DNA from: Peribolospora baueri
Taxonomy: Eukaryota
Direction of reading: 5' to 3'
Assembly: GCA_029717555.1 (NCBI GenBank)
Contig: JAMDHS010000046.1
Location: 1 to 64,000, forward strand
DNA: 64,000 nt
Under the pieces are notes generated by a model, which ran no database searches, was not told the DNA's origin, and saw nothing but the letters and a program-made list of their open reading frames with translations. Positions 63,865 to 64,000 of the stretch are shown piece by piece; position 1 is the stretch's first letter, and the number at the start of each line of letters is the position of its first letter. A program made the position numbers and the translations under genes.

Positions 63865-64000
63865 TCGGTCGACGACGGGACAGACGTTGCCCTCGACCTC
63901 GGAGGTCGTGATCGAAGGCGAGAGCGGATAAGCGCGGACGCAGACGGCGACATCAGTGGCGCACGGCTGAGCTGGCGCTTCTCGCCATGCCTCCTTCTTT

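Overview
Compact, GC-rich, intron-rich fungal chromosome segment. GT-AG introns of about 60-190 nt and the gene set suggest a basidiomycete (inference). Most ORF-track entries are exon fragments or antisense shadows, so gene models were assembled by hand across introns. Positions 8.6-64 kb hold about 17 mostly housekeeping genes, often in head-to-head pairs: a UPF0014 permease with its separate ABC ATPase, JmjC and Fe/2OG oxygenases, HRQ1, RNR2, Rictor/AVO3, an IMPACT-domain protein, thiolase, a DUF3074-like protein, XRN2/RAT1, MTP18, a degenerate MoxR-like AAA protein, SDA1, DBP7, ERD1, a coiled-coil protein and EFM3. A 5'-truncated cytochrome P450 lies at 1-3 kb. Positions 3.2-8.6 kb form an accessory island bracketed by a degenerate direct repeat, with Ty3 and Ty1 gag relics and a purine-rich satellite. 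The island also holds the most interesting feature, absent from the ORF track: a 3-exon gene for a 108-aa secreted precursor with two C-x-T-C-E-Q-C-x-x-F-G-x-C cores flanked by Kex2/Ste13-type processing signals. The divergently transcribed split ABC transporter (FetAB/STAR1-STAR2 type) is the second highlight. All family assignments come from motif recognition by eye; no searches were run.
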